A stretch of DNA of 64,000 bases from contig KE560790.1 in NCBI GenBank assembly GCA_000442015.1, positions 1 through 64,000 on the forward strand. Reading direction: 5' to 3'. The notes beneath the pieces are model-generated. The model ran no database searches. It saw nothing but the letters and a program-made list of their open reading frames with translations, and was not told the origin of the DNA. The translations under genes and the position numbers were made by a program. How positions within the stretch are numbered: position 1 is the stretch's first letter; every line of letters begins with the position of its first letter. This stretch comes from Rozella allomycis CSF55. Lineage: Eukaryota. Shown in pieces: positions 49,441 through 62,357 of this stretch.

Positions 49441-49901
49441 ATAAATTAATGCTTTTGTCTAACCCATAAAACAATAAAATGATGTTCTTGATCTGTTTTA
49501 TAGTTAATCAGACCAAAAACATCATTTATTTTTTAAATTAATCGTTGCATTTATAAAGCTTAATTTAACATAAAATCGATACTTTTCAAATGACGAAATC
49601 TTCCTTCAAAATCCTATTCTTTAGTCTTTTGTTTTACTCTAGACTCTAGTCAATGCAAGGCAGCTATTGTTTTTCGTCCAAATGCTTGAAGTACAGAACA
49701 GATATATTAGAATAATGTAATAACTAAATGAGTCAAATAACTTACGTTAAGTTATTCAAAAGTTATTAAATTTAGAAAAACGCGATAGTGTGATCATGTG
49801 TTAGAACTTAGTACTTCATGCGGTTAAACTAGGAATCCTTAAAGTATCTATTATCCAGTATAGGAACAATTATAAACTTTTTAGATGTATAAGATAATGT
49901 T

Positions 49902-51151
49902 TTATTTTGCATCCATCTCTAATTCTTCGGGGATTGCATAGTTCAATATCGAAGCGACTCCCGTAAGTTGTGAAAGTTCTAGATATTTAAAAAAATCGAT
50001 AGTTACTCTCTCCAGTAATATGAGAACTCGAAAATATATAAACGTTAGCACCCTGCCGCTTGGCATGTTCAACAAGGGCAATATATTTTTTTCTCGTGGG
50101 AATATCTGCCGATCTAAAAAAGCATACTATAATATCTACCTGAATAGACCGTCAGTAACAAACAATGTTTTAATTGCATGATTTTCTGCGGCGATATTGA
50201 CACTGTCGAAACCGTATGTGACTCTGTCAGGATCATGCTTTAGCATTTCATGAAATTTATTAAATTCTTTAATTTCTTTGGCATATTTAGTATCTGATAG
50301 TCTATGTTGTATACTTGGATCTTGCAAAACTTCACTCAACGCAGACTTATGCCCTGTTGAGCAATGGACAAGTAAAAACTTATTCTTAGCATCAAAAATT
50401 ATTTTAGAGTTTTGGGATTGAGCTTCCTTCATGATGTATGAAAATAATTGATCTTTCAAAAACCCGGGCGAAGCAATAATGATAGCTTTCATATCCGCTA
50501 GCGGGATATGTTTAATTATAGCATTATAAATCTGCTCCATAAACTTATTTTGTGCCTTTTCTCTTTGAGTGGTAGATCCTAATCTCTTTTTCGGTATATT
50601 CACCTCTATTCTTTGCATCACAACAATCATATTGTCTGTAACTAAACATACATTGGCCAATCCTAATTTACGGAGTACAGAATAATTACCATCTTGCAAA
50701 ATTACAGCCCCAATTTCCGCCTTACTTTTCACGTGACAAATCTGATCTATACGCTCCAAACTAATAATATCCCACTCATCTTTAAAGAGCTTGAACTCAT
50801 TATTAATACAAAGATCAATTGTATGATACGACCCCAGTTTAACGTGTTTATTTTCCACACAGACTCTGCCGTTAACTCTAATAACACCCATAGACATATC
50901 TCCCTCAATAGCGTATATTTCAATAGTTAGATACAATCGCATTTTGTTTGAGTCAACACTGCCAGTTGAAGATTCTGTCTGTACTTTCCTGTTTTAATTT
51001 GAAATGCAACAATATACCTTATTGTACTACAAGTAAGCTTATCACCAATACATAAGAGATTATATATATGCCACATATCTTCTAAATCTTCTGGTAGCAA
51101 TTTAATCGTTCCAGAGGCATCTTTTTGCAAAAATTTATGCAAAACTTTCAT
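49902..51151 (-). CDS. PELO: Pelota/Dom34 (4 introns)
   Basis: PEDLEDMWHIYNLL, LGSYHTIDL, IIASPGF, LTGVASILNY. Confidence 0.95.
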
Positions 51152-51173
51152 TTATGAAAAATCAGACATCAAA

Positions 51174-51647
51174 TTATGAATTAAGCCATTTATTAAACAA
51201 ATCTGCAGTGCCTGAGATATTTTTATAGTTTTCATCGCCTAGAAATGAGCTTGTACTACATGGTAATTGCATACCTTCAGCATTTACCAGCACCAAAGTA
51301 TATGAAGAGTGTTGTTTAATTAATACATTATGTACCTGCTCCTTTGATTCCAATTTTATTATTGAGCTAAGGCAATGTTCATTTATCAAGAACCCTAGTT
51401 TTGTTTGCCTCTTTATCGCTGTTCTTTCTTTCCTATTAACAATAATTGTCTCCTTGAAGCTTAATGAATTAAAACCAAGAATTAGTGACATAAATATTGC
51501 AACGGATTTCCAAGGCCATTGATCCTCTAGCGCTGCGAGAAATAAGCCAACTAGAACAACACCAGTGGAAAAGATGTGCTCTTTATATTCAGGGTATATT
51601 GTTAGTTGTGAAATATTGTCTTCTGATGTTTTTAGTTCTATTGACAT
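51174..51647 (-). CDS. Small 2-TM protein resembling CYBC1/EROS (DUF4564)
   Basis: Two N-terminal TMs with WK, then SYTLVLVNAEGMQLPCSTSSFLG, similar by eye to the human CYBC1 C-terminal segment. Confidence 0.5.
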   Translation of the reverse strand: MSIELKTSEDNISQLTIYPEYKEHIFSTGVVLVGLFLAALEDQWPWKSVAIFMSLILGFNSLSFKETIIVNRKERTAIKRQTKLGFLINEHCLSSIIKLESKEQVHNVLIKQHSSYTLVLVNAEGMQLPCSTSSFLGDENYKNISGTADLFNKWLNS

Positions 51648-51785
51648 CCTTAATTACTTGTCGCCTGTCGGAGTTTTGATATGCAGAATTCATATTTCAT
51701 ATTGAGAGCAAAATGATAAAACTAAGTAAATGTAAGATACATCGAAGAGCAAAACTTTATTAAAACTCACAATTGCTCGTTATAC

Positions 51786-52756
51786 TTAATTCTTGTCGTC
51801 ATTAAAGTTCTTCCAGTACATGCCATATTCAAAAAAGAATACCGTTTTAACAAAAGAGGGTAACACTGCGTAAACATTTGTCGGAAAGGGAATGAGAGGA
51901 CTTGTTGATTGTTTATATTCAATGTATTCTTGAGAACCCGAAAACTTTTTATTAGACGACTGCTCTGCCAATGGCACTCCTGTGATGAATTCAGAATATA
52001 TAATTTACCTGATACAAACATCAACAATAAAAATGTTAAAATTGGCGAAGATATTGAAAAATATCCCAGAGCATTGTTTACGGCATGACCAGAACAAGAA
52101 ATAATAAATACCCCGATCCAAAGTAAAATTTCCCCAAAATAATTTGGATGTCTTGAATATTTCCAAAGTCCAGTTTTCAAAAGTGTCTTTCGTTTCTCTG
52201 GGTCACTATTGTGACTTGCTTTTGCATTATCGGCTACTGCTTCACAAACAAAGCCCAATATCTAATTAAATGTTAAAGTTCAATATACCCATAGCAACAA
52301 TCCAAATATATCAAGGCCGTTAATTGGAGTATCAATGACGTAAGAGTTGGTCAATGTTACAGGTAATGATACAACCCAAACCCATATAATTTGAAAAATC
52401 CAGAAGCCTAAGAACTGGATAAAGTTTGATCTCATTTCATTAAAGCGATCATCTTTGCCTCGACGAAGAACTCGCGCCAATAAGAAAGAGCCAAGTCTTA
52501 CACCCCAAATTAGTACCAAAACGGTCAGCATGATCTGTCTTGGATAATATGTTTGCTGTATGAAAAATACTACTAACGCATTAAGTATAAAATTAGTGCA
52601 TCCAGCAAAATCAGTGACCTTATCTCGTGGGCACCAACAGATTACCTTGTCGAATTGCATCGAATAAGCAACAAAAAAGAAAGAAATTTGCATAATAGTT
52701 GTGATAATTAAGGTGAACAGAACATAGTATTGATCAATCGGAGCTGTTGCAACCAT
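51786..52756 (-). CDS. DUF1295 / steroid 5-alpha-reductase-like membrane protein (3 introns)
   Basis: FDKVTDFAG, WGVRLG, GKDDRF, GLWKYSRHPNYFGEI, SGVPLAE. Confidence 0.9.
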
Positions 52757-53207
52757 TTTACGAAATTTGGGAAGATTCTTAAGATAAAAATACACTTTCA
52801 TAAAAATGAAGAAAAGATAATATGAATGATTTTAGTAGGTTATTAGGTGAGATATTTCATTTATTTCAAGAACTTTTCTCACATCTCTGCTGTGTTAAAA
52901 TTTAGATCTACAAACCTTTAAACCTTTTCCACGTAAAATTCTACACTTCATATTTGACATGAAATTTGCCTATAATTTGTTTTTTTCTAACTGTACTGAT
53001 CCGACATGTCCATAAAAGTTTTGCTAGAATGTTCTAAAACACGAAAATCAGAATACAAATTTCAATCTGTAAAATTACATCTAACACAATATAATCTCAA
53101 ATCTAATAAAGCAGCATCTATAAATACCAATTTAAGAAAAGGTGTGCGACCCTTTTACCTTTTCGGGGCTTAGATTCCGTCTGTTCACTTGTGGCTAGGT
53201 CAGTTAA

Positions 53208-56200
53208 ATGAATTCTGATTTTGCGACATCGAGTGCGTACTTGTTAACGAACGACAGTGTACCTGTAGAGGAGAGCAAGAAATCTCCTTCTGAGAATGTG
53301 TCAAAAGTATCTTATGTGTTATTCAGCTGGGTGAATCCTTTGATAAAACTGGGTAAAAAGAAGCCGCTGGAACAAGTTGACATGCCTGTATCACCGTAAT
53401 TATGTTTTGGTTGTGAAATAGAAAAAATTTGATGGCGAAAGACAGTTGTGAGAGGTTTTTGGAGGCGTGGGAAGATAGGATCCGAAAGAAAAAGAAGCCT
53501 AGTGTTTTCAAGGCTTTGGTAAGATTTTGAGTTGTGTTTAAGCTAGGCAACTGCTTTTTGGAAGGAACATGCGTTGGTTGGACTGTTGACGTTTACAGAG
53601 GCGATGTTGAATATTTTGTCTGGAGTTGTGTTTAATTTATTTTTGGAGAATATTGAAAAGAGAGGAGATGAAATGGAAAGATATTATCTTGTGAGTGGAT
53701 TAATATTATTGATGTTTTCACTTGCTACTATCCATCATCATGTGTTTTATCATAACAATTTATTTGGGATGCTTGCAAAGAATGCAGTGACGGCAGCCTT
53801 GTATAAAAAGTCTTTAAAGTTGAGAATTGGCCAGCAGTCCTCTACTGGAAAGTTGGTTAATTTGATGTCTAACGATGTTCAAAAGTTTGAGGACTGTGGA
53901 AGATTTGTTCAGTATTTGTATATTTCGCCTATACAGACGTTAATTTGTTTTGGGTATTTGATGCATTTGTTGGGATGGCAATCAGCCGTTGCTGGAATGG
54001 CTGTTCTTCTTTCAGTGATTCCAATCCAAGGAATGCTATCAAAGAAGCTTTCAAACTTAAGAACCAGAATAATTGGCCACAGAGATACAAGAATTAGATA
54101 TTTGAGTGATGTTTTGAATGGAATACAAATATTGAAATGTTATGCCTGGCATTACGCATTTAAAGATCATATAATGAATGTTCGTAATAAGGAAATGAAA
54201 GCAACCATTTCTAGTGGATTGATTACATCTTTCAATGATTCTTTTTACGCTTGGTCTTCAGGTAAATGAATTTGTTATATTTGAAATAAGCATTGTTAGT
54301 GTTTTGTGTCTGTGGGACAAGATTTTACATTGGAGAGCCAATAGAGGCAGCAGTATTGTTTCCATCTATTGCTTTGTTTAATATAATCAAGTTGACCATG
54401 TGTTTATTTTTTCCTATTGCTGTTCAATTCACTGCAGAGGCTGCGTAAGTTATTATTTGATATTTAAAAAGTGTTTCAGCAAAGAGAGTTGAAGAAATTT
54501 TGTTGCAAGAAGAAGTAAAGAAAGATTTGAAACAAATTGAATGTTTGGAAACTGAAGATGTTGCCATTTCAATGGATGATGCGACCTTTACCTGGAACGA
54601 AGATACTTTATGTTTAGAAGATATAAAGATGGAATTGAAAAAGGGAGAATTATGTGCGATTATTGGAAAATTTGGATCAGGGAAATCTAGTCTTTTATTA
54701 AGTTTAATGAATGAACTGACCAGGGTCAAAGGGGATGTTAAAGTAAATGGAAAAATCAGTTATGCATCTCAGCAGCCATGGATACTTCCTGCAACAATTA
54801 AAGACAATATTCTTTTCGGCAGAGAATATAATGAAGAAAGATTTAAACAAGTTTTGAAAGCTAGTGCATTAGAGTCTGATATAAAGCTATTTTCACAGGG
54901 AGTTGATACAATGCTTGGAGAGAGAGGTTATAATGTTTCCGGGGGTCAAAAAGCAAGAATTTCACTAGCTAGAGCGTTGTATGATGAAGAAGCAGATATA
55001 TTCTTGTTGGATGATGTTTTGTCAGCATTAGATAATAAAGTTGGGAATCAAGTGTTTCATAAAGTGAAAGAATTATTGCAAGGAAAAACTTGTTTGATTG
55101 TTTCTCATCAACTCCACATTGCAAGGTTTTGCGATAAATTGATGGTGCTTGATAATGGAAGACAAGAATATTTTGGATCTTATAATGATTTGATGAATTC
55201 AGAAAATAAATTATCTGATATTTTAAAGAAATTTGATGCCAAGGAAGAACAAGTGAAAGAAGAAAAGAAAGAAGACAAGGGTGTTGAAGAAAAGCCACAA
55301 TTGTCAGAAGATGCAATTGAAGTTATTTCAGGGGAAGATCGTCAAGTTGGATCAATTTCATTTTCAACGTATAAAAGTTTCTTTAAAAAGTGTGGTGGAT
55401 ATTTAATTTGTTTCTTTATAATGTTTCTGATGGTAGCAGGACAAGTGGCTATTATAACGACTGATAAATGGTTATCTAATTGGGCAGAGATTAAAGATAA
55501 AGATAAACAATTGGACATGAAACATTTCTACACTTATTTGATTAGAACTGTTATTATTATTCTATTGTGTACAACGAGAGCGTTGACTTTCTATTATGCA
55601 GTTATAATGGCAGCAGCTAAAATATTTAGTGAAATGCTTTCTTCGATATTGCGAGCGCCAATGTCATTTTTCCAAACTAATCCACAAGGAAGAATTTTGA
55701 ATAGATTTACTAAAGATCAATCATTTGTAGAAGAAACTTTACCGTGGACTTTGTTTGATGTTATTCAATGTATTTGTATTGATGTTGGAATAATTGCAAT
55801 CACTGCAATGACATTTCCAATGGCTTTATTAACTTTAATTCCAATCGTTTGGATTTCAATCTATTATAGAAATGCATATGTAGCTTCATCACGTGAGATT
55901 AAAAGATTGGATGCCATTTCAAGATCTCCAATCTATTCTTTTCTTTCAACTTCATTATCTGGTTTAGCCACAATTAGAACCATGAAAAAAGAAGAAGAAT
56001 TTAATCAAGCGTTTTATTTTAAACAAGATCAAAATACAAATTGTAATTTTGCTTTTCAAATGGTTTCCAGATGGCTGGGTATTAGATTAGATCTTGCTGC
56101 TTCTTTTCTCTTCACTGCCGCTGCTGTAATGTCAATTCTATTAATAGATTCAATGGACGCAGGTTCTATTGGATTGGGATTGGCTTATATGATGGAATTA

Positions 56201-57186
56201 ATCAATTTAATTCAATGGACTGTTAGACAAATTAGTGAAGTTGAGAATTTAATGACTTCAGTTGAAAGAACAATTACTTATACTGAATTAGAAAGTGAAG
56301 CGTCTGAAGAAAATTCTATTTCTATTCCATCAGATTGGCCAAGCAAGGGTAAAATAGAATTCAATAATTTAACTCTTCGTTATCCTTCAAATCCAAATCC
56401 TATTCTATCAAACATTTCTTGTCTAATAAACTCTGGTGAAAAAGTTGGCCTTGTTGGTAGAACTGGCGCTGGAAAATCTTCTTTAATGACAACTCTCTTT
56501 AGACTTGTTGAAACTGATGAAAACTCTATTCTAATTGACGACATTCCAATCAGCAAAGTTGGTTTAATGAAATTAAGAAGTTCAATCTCTATAATCCCTC
56601 AAGATCGTAACAAATTATCCTTTTCTTAATCTAGCATTTCTTTTCAAAGGGTCTCTAAGATTCAACTTGAATCCTTTCAATGAATTCACCGATGAAGATA
56701 TTTGGAAAGCTTTAGAAATAGTTGGTCTCAAAAACTCTGTTCAAAAGTAAATTTATTCTCTTCTTTCAAATTAGACTTTCTGAAAAACTGGAAACTGAAA
56801 TTCAAGAAAATGGCGCCAATTTCTCTGTTGGTGAACGCCAATTGTTTTGTCTAGTCAGAGCTCTTTTAAGAAATTCCAACATTCTTTTAATGGATGAAGC
56901 AACTGCTTCTATTGATCCCGCCACCACTGAATGCATTCAAAAATGTATTCAAGAACAATTCAAACACGCCACTGTTTTAACTATCGCTCATCGTCTGCCA
57001 ACAATCATGGACTATGACAGAGTTTTGGTTTTGGAAAAGGGTCAACTAGTGGAAGCTGATCATCCTTTCAATCTACTCTCAAAAGACACAGGTTACTTTA
57101 AGGATCTCGTTAAAGCGCTTGGCCCCGAAGGCGAAAAATCTATGCTTGCTATCGCAAAAGAATCATTTTTAAATAAAAAGGTCTAA
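53208..57186 (+). CDS. ABCC/MRP4-like full ABC transporter (6 introns)
   Basis: Two TMD-NBD halves; [57 protein letters not shown]. Confidence 0.93.
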
Positions 57187-57196
57187 TTTATTTCAA

Positions 57197-58705
57197 TTAT
57201 TTTCTCCTATGCAATGTTGGCTTCCATAAACTATTGCGCAGATACTCGCGTGAGACCAATTCAATGTACCCTTGATAATACAACACATCATCAAGAACTT
57301 CTCTAGACTCGGATTTGAGTTTTGGACTATTTATGATTTGAAGCCATTCTTCAGCTGTCGGGAAAAAGGACTTGTAGCTCTCATCGGTGCTAGAAATACG
57401 TAATTGTCTCATAAAATATTTTATGGCCTTCAATACTGAACCGTCGTATTTAACGGACTTTGGAAGATCTAAATCTACTTGGTTAATGAAGAGTTTTATA
57501 GTCTGGAATCTCTGAAGAGTCACTTGAAAAATATTAGCTATATAAACTGCCAGACTGAAATTTTTGTCTTCCATGGCGTAAACAACATAATACTTTGCCA
57601 GTTCAGTCAAATCTGGCTTTTCGTACTGAGTTTCCCAAAAAGCTCGCATATTCGCAACCGCAATCTTGAACCTTTCATCGACAGTATCAATTTTAACAAT
57701 CAAGTCTATACGTTCGTCCATGACATCTCTAAAACCACGTAAAAGTCTAATCATTTGATTTTCATCAATTTGAAAAGCCCCAGACTCCTTTATCATATCA
57801 TGATTGAGTAGATCTATCAATTTCGGGCTCTTTAATGTAAGTGCTTTATCTAAAATTGTGTCGAGACATAACTCCCCGCACTTGATTATTTCGACAATGA
57901 TTGCTTCCTTAAATAGAATAGGTTTTTCAACAAAACGATCTAAATCAAAGAGAGCTTCATAAATATAGCCATTTCTCGCAAACAATTCGAGCATGTAATT
58001 AGGTCTTGTAGTTGTTCTTAACAAGCCTCGCCCTGATATCAGCCTGAAAAGAATGTCTTTTTCGTCTTGAGAAAGATCTTTCATGGAATCTGCTTCAATA
58101 TTCCACTTGTTGATAATTTTTCGTGCCAAAATACTCTCCTGGTTTAACGCGTTAAGTAAAAAGGAAACATCTTTAAGGGGTCTTCCTATCACTGGAAAAT
58201 TATGAATCATTTCTATTTTGTAATCATTGTATGAATAAGGATCAAATATCATAGATTCACAGACAGATAATCTATTGTGCACTACTGCGTATAGGAATGT
58301 GGCCATAATATGACGCTCTCCTAATACGTATTTTAAATAATGTAAAAGTTCCATATCTACTGCGTGTTTAGCTTTAGCTAGTACATCGCCTTCCATCTGA
58401 GTCGAGTGGGTTGAAACAAAGTCGCAAACAAGTACTCCAGCACTCTCCGTCGAATACTGACGATCCTCTCTGTTTGTTGCTGTTAGTGTGGCCGTAGAAA
58501 GAGCGTAATCACAAAGCTTGTATGCATCTACCTTGTATTCTATAAGGAGCTCGTCAACGTTGAAGGTTAAATCCTTGAGATTTTCTAAGACAAGATTATA
58601 ACTTTCTACGAGACTCAGAGAGCCATTTTCCGAAGCACCAACGAGGTTGATACTAAAGCTTAACAAGAAACATCCTATAAGCGCTATTTGAGAAAGAAAA
58701 TTCAT
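57197..58705 (-). CDS. Secreted hypothetical protein (intronless)
   Basis: Signal peptide MNFLSQIALIGCFLLSFSINLVGA; helical body with no recognised domain. Confidence 0.7.
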   Translation of the reverse strand: MNFLSQIALIGCFLLSFSINLVGASENGSLSLVESYNLVLENLKDLTFNVDELLIEYKVDAYKLCDYALSTATLTATNREDRQYSTESAGVLVCDFVSTHSTQMEGDVLAKAKHAVDMELLHYLKYVLGERHIMATFLYAVVHNRLSVCESMIFDPYSYNDYKIEMIHNFPVIGRPLKDVSFLLNALNQESILARKIINKWNIEADSMKDLSQDEKDILFRLISGRGLLRTTTRPNYMLELFARNGYIYEALFDLDRFVEKPILFKEAIIVEIIKCGELCLDTILDKALTLKSPKLIDLLNHDMIKESGAFQIDENQMIRLLRGFRDVMDERIDLIVKIDTVDERFKIAVANMRAFWETQYEKPDLTELAKYYVVYAMEDKNFSLAVYIANIFQVTLQRFQTIKLFINQVDLDLPKSVKYDGSVLKAIKYFMRQLRISSTDESYKSFFPTAEEWLQIINSPKLKSESREVLDDVLYYQGYIELVSREYLRNSLWKPTLHRRK

Positions 58706-58766
58706 ATTTTAGCCAGGGTCACATGTGATCACGTGTAAATTTTATAGATCTCGGAAAATTGAATAT

Positions 58767-60570
58767 TTATTTATTTTCAACAACAGGACCAGCAGCTCTT
58801 ATTTCGGAAGAAGCTTTATCAGAGTAGTTCATAAAGTTAGTTTGAAACAATTTGGCCAATTTGACTAGAGTGCTATCATATTCAGCTTTGCTGCCCAGCC
58901 ATGTTTTTGCTGGATTTAATACATGATCAGGAACACCAGTAACCTTTTTCGGTATTTGCAAGTTGAAAATAGGGTATGTTTCAAACTCAGCTTTTGCTAA
59001 TTCGCCCCTATTTCAAAATGTTTTCTTTTTATTACGAATGTATAGCATCAATTATTGCACGCGAATGCTTCAATGCAACTCTTTTACCCACACCCACTGG
59101 GCCTCCATTCCAACCCTAATGGTTACAATTCATATTGCTTACAGTGTTAATTAACCAAGCATCTGCTGAGTGCTCTTTCATTTTTTCTGCCAACATTGTT
59201 GCATATTTTACTGGATGCCATACAAGAAAAGGCTGTCCGAAACATGCTGAAAAAGTGGCCAAAAGTTAGATAAGAAAATTACTATTACTGCAGGTTCTTT
59301 CACACCTTCTTCAGTTCCGGCTACTTTGGCGGTGTATCCGCTAATGAAATGGTACATAGCCTGAGCTGTAGTAAGCTTAGAGACAGGAGGTAAAACTCCA
59401 AATGCATCACATGTCAAAAGTATTAAATTCTTAGGATGGCCTCCCATACATGGAACTTTTGCACCTGGGATAAACTCAATTGGATAAGCACATCGAGTGT
59501 TTTCAGTTAAAGAGCTATCAGTGTAACTAACAAGGCGTGTTTGAGGGTCATACACAACGTTTTCAAGAACCGAACCGAATTTAATAGCATCAAAAATTTC
59601 AGGTTCTTTATCTTTTGTTTTCCGTAATAAAAAGTGATACCACGAGATAGATCAATACATTTTGCATAGCACCCGCCTTCAATGTTAAAAATCCCATCAT
59701 GACTCCAACAATGTTCATCATCTCCAATCAATGACCTATGTGGATCGGCTGATAGAGTAGTTTTGCCTGTTCCCGACAATCCAAAGAATAAAGAAACGTC
59801 CTTATCCTTTATGCCTTCATTTGCACTTGAATGGAGTGACAATACTCCAGCTTTTGGCATCAGGTAATGCATGACAGTAAAGATCCCCTTTTTCATTTCA
59901 CCGGCGTATTGTGTTCCCAATATAACTATTTCGTTACTAATTGAAAGTTACCCATTTCCTTCTTTTTGAAATTGACCGCTACACTGGTTCCACTTGTCAT
60001 TCCCATAGTGTATCTGTTGCAAGGAAATTCACCTGCGTTAATAATGGTAAAGTCAGGCGTTCCAAAAGATTTTAACTCTTCTTCAGTAGGACGAATAAGC
60101 ATGTTATTCATAAACAATGCTTTATTAACTTCATGAGTTCTTATTACCATGATACGCCCTAGCGCATATTATGCGAACCTTGATGCGGTATTTTGGATCC
60201 CATCCTGCATATCCGTCAAACACGTAAAGTCGGGGTTTAGTGTTAAGATAATCAACTGCTCTTTCGCGATTGATCATGAACACATTTTCATCAATTTTGA
60301 TGTTGACCGGACCTTTATCAAGTTTACTAATTAAATACCCCACCAAATGTCATTTTTTGATGTTTCTTCCTCAGTTATACGTTTGTCAGTAGGTGACCTT
60401 CCCTTCTTCGCACCAGATGATGTAACTAGTGCACCGGTGGAGGTAATTGCCGTTCCAGGCTCATACAATATGGCATCTTCATATAATCTGGCAACTTGTG
60501 CATTTCTTATAATGTTCTTTTGGTCAATTCCAGTTTGTTCGCGTAAAACATCTGAAATGGAGCTGGACAT
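58767..60570 (-). CDS. PCK1: Phosphoenolpyruvate carboxykinase (ATP) (7 introns, one GT-TG)
   Basis: [56 protein letters not shown]. Confidence 0.97.
59260..59288 (-). other. 29-nt GT-TG intron in PCK1
   Basis: GTAATAGTAATTTTCTTATCTAACTTTTG; removal restores [20 protein letters not shown] precedes the acceptor. Confidence 0.88.
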
Positions 60571-60937
60571 TGAAGCAGGGGTTACAAATTAATTGAAGTC
60601 AAAATTAAAGATCAACTCAAATTAATTCAGATCAAAAATTGATGTTTAAATAAATTTGAAATCGGAAGTCGTACCTTTTAACAGTTGAATGAAATAATGA
60701 ACACACAGTGAGAATTCAATAGCGTAAATTAATAAATACCTAAATATGCAGCCAAACACAAGATCTAGATTGAAATCTATGGACGATGCCCAGTACACTT
60801 AAAAAATCGGGCTTGATGATGTGTATTTCCTATCGAGAAGTAAATTGTGAAATGCAATCGGATAAAGGTGAAGGAAGGGCTAACAAATTATTAAATTGAT
60901 AATTGAATTTGTAATCATACAAATAATGAATTTATGA

Positions 60938-62337
<1,400 letters not shown>

Positions 62338-62357
62338 TTTTTAGCCAAGCCACCGAA

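Noticed and set aside
53135..53185. U5-like CCTTTTAC loop and small hairpin before the ABCC gene
   Set aside because: The loop is not closed by a U5-type stem and no Sm site follows; more simply promoter or 5' UTR.
60700..60900. TGATGA box and Sm-like U-run suggesting a sno/snRNA
   Set aside because: No matching D box, terminal stem or snRNA core motif found.
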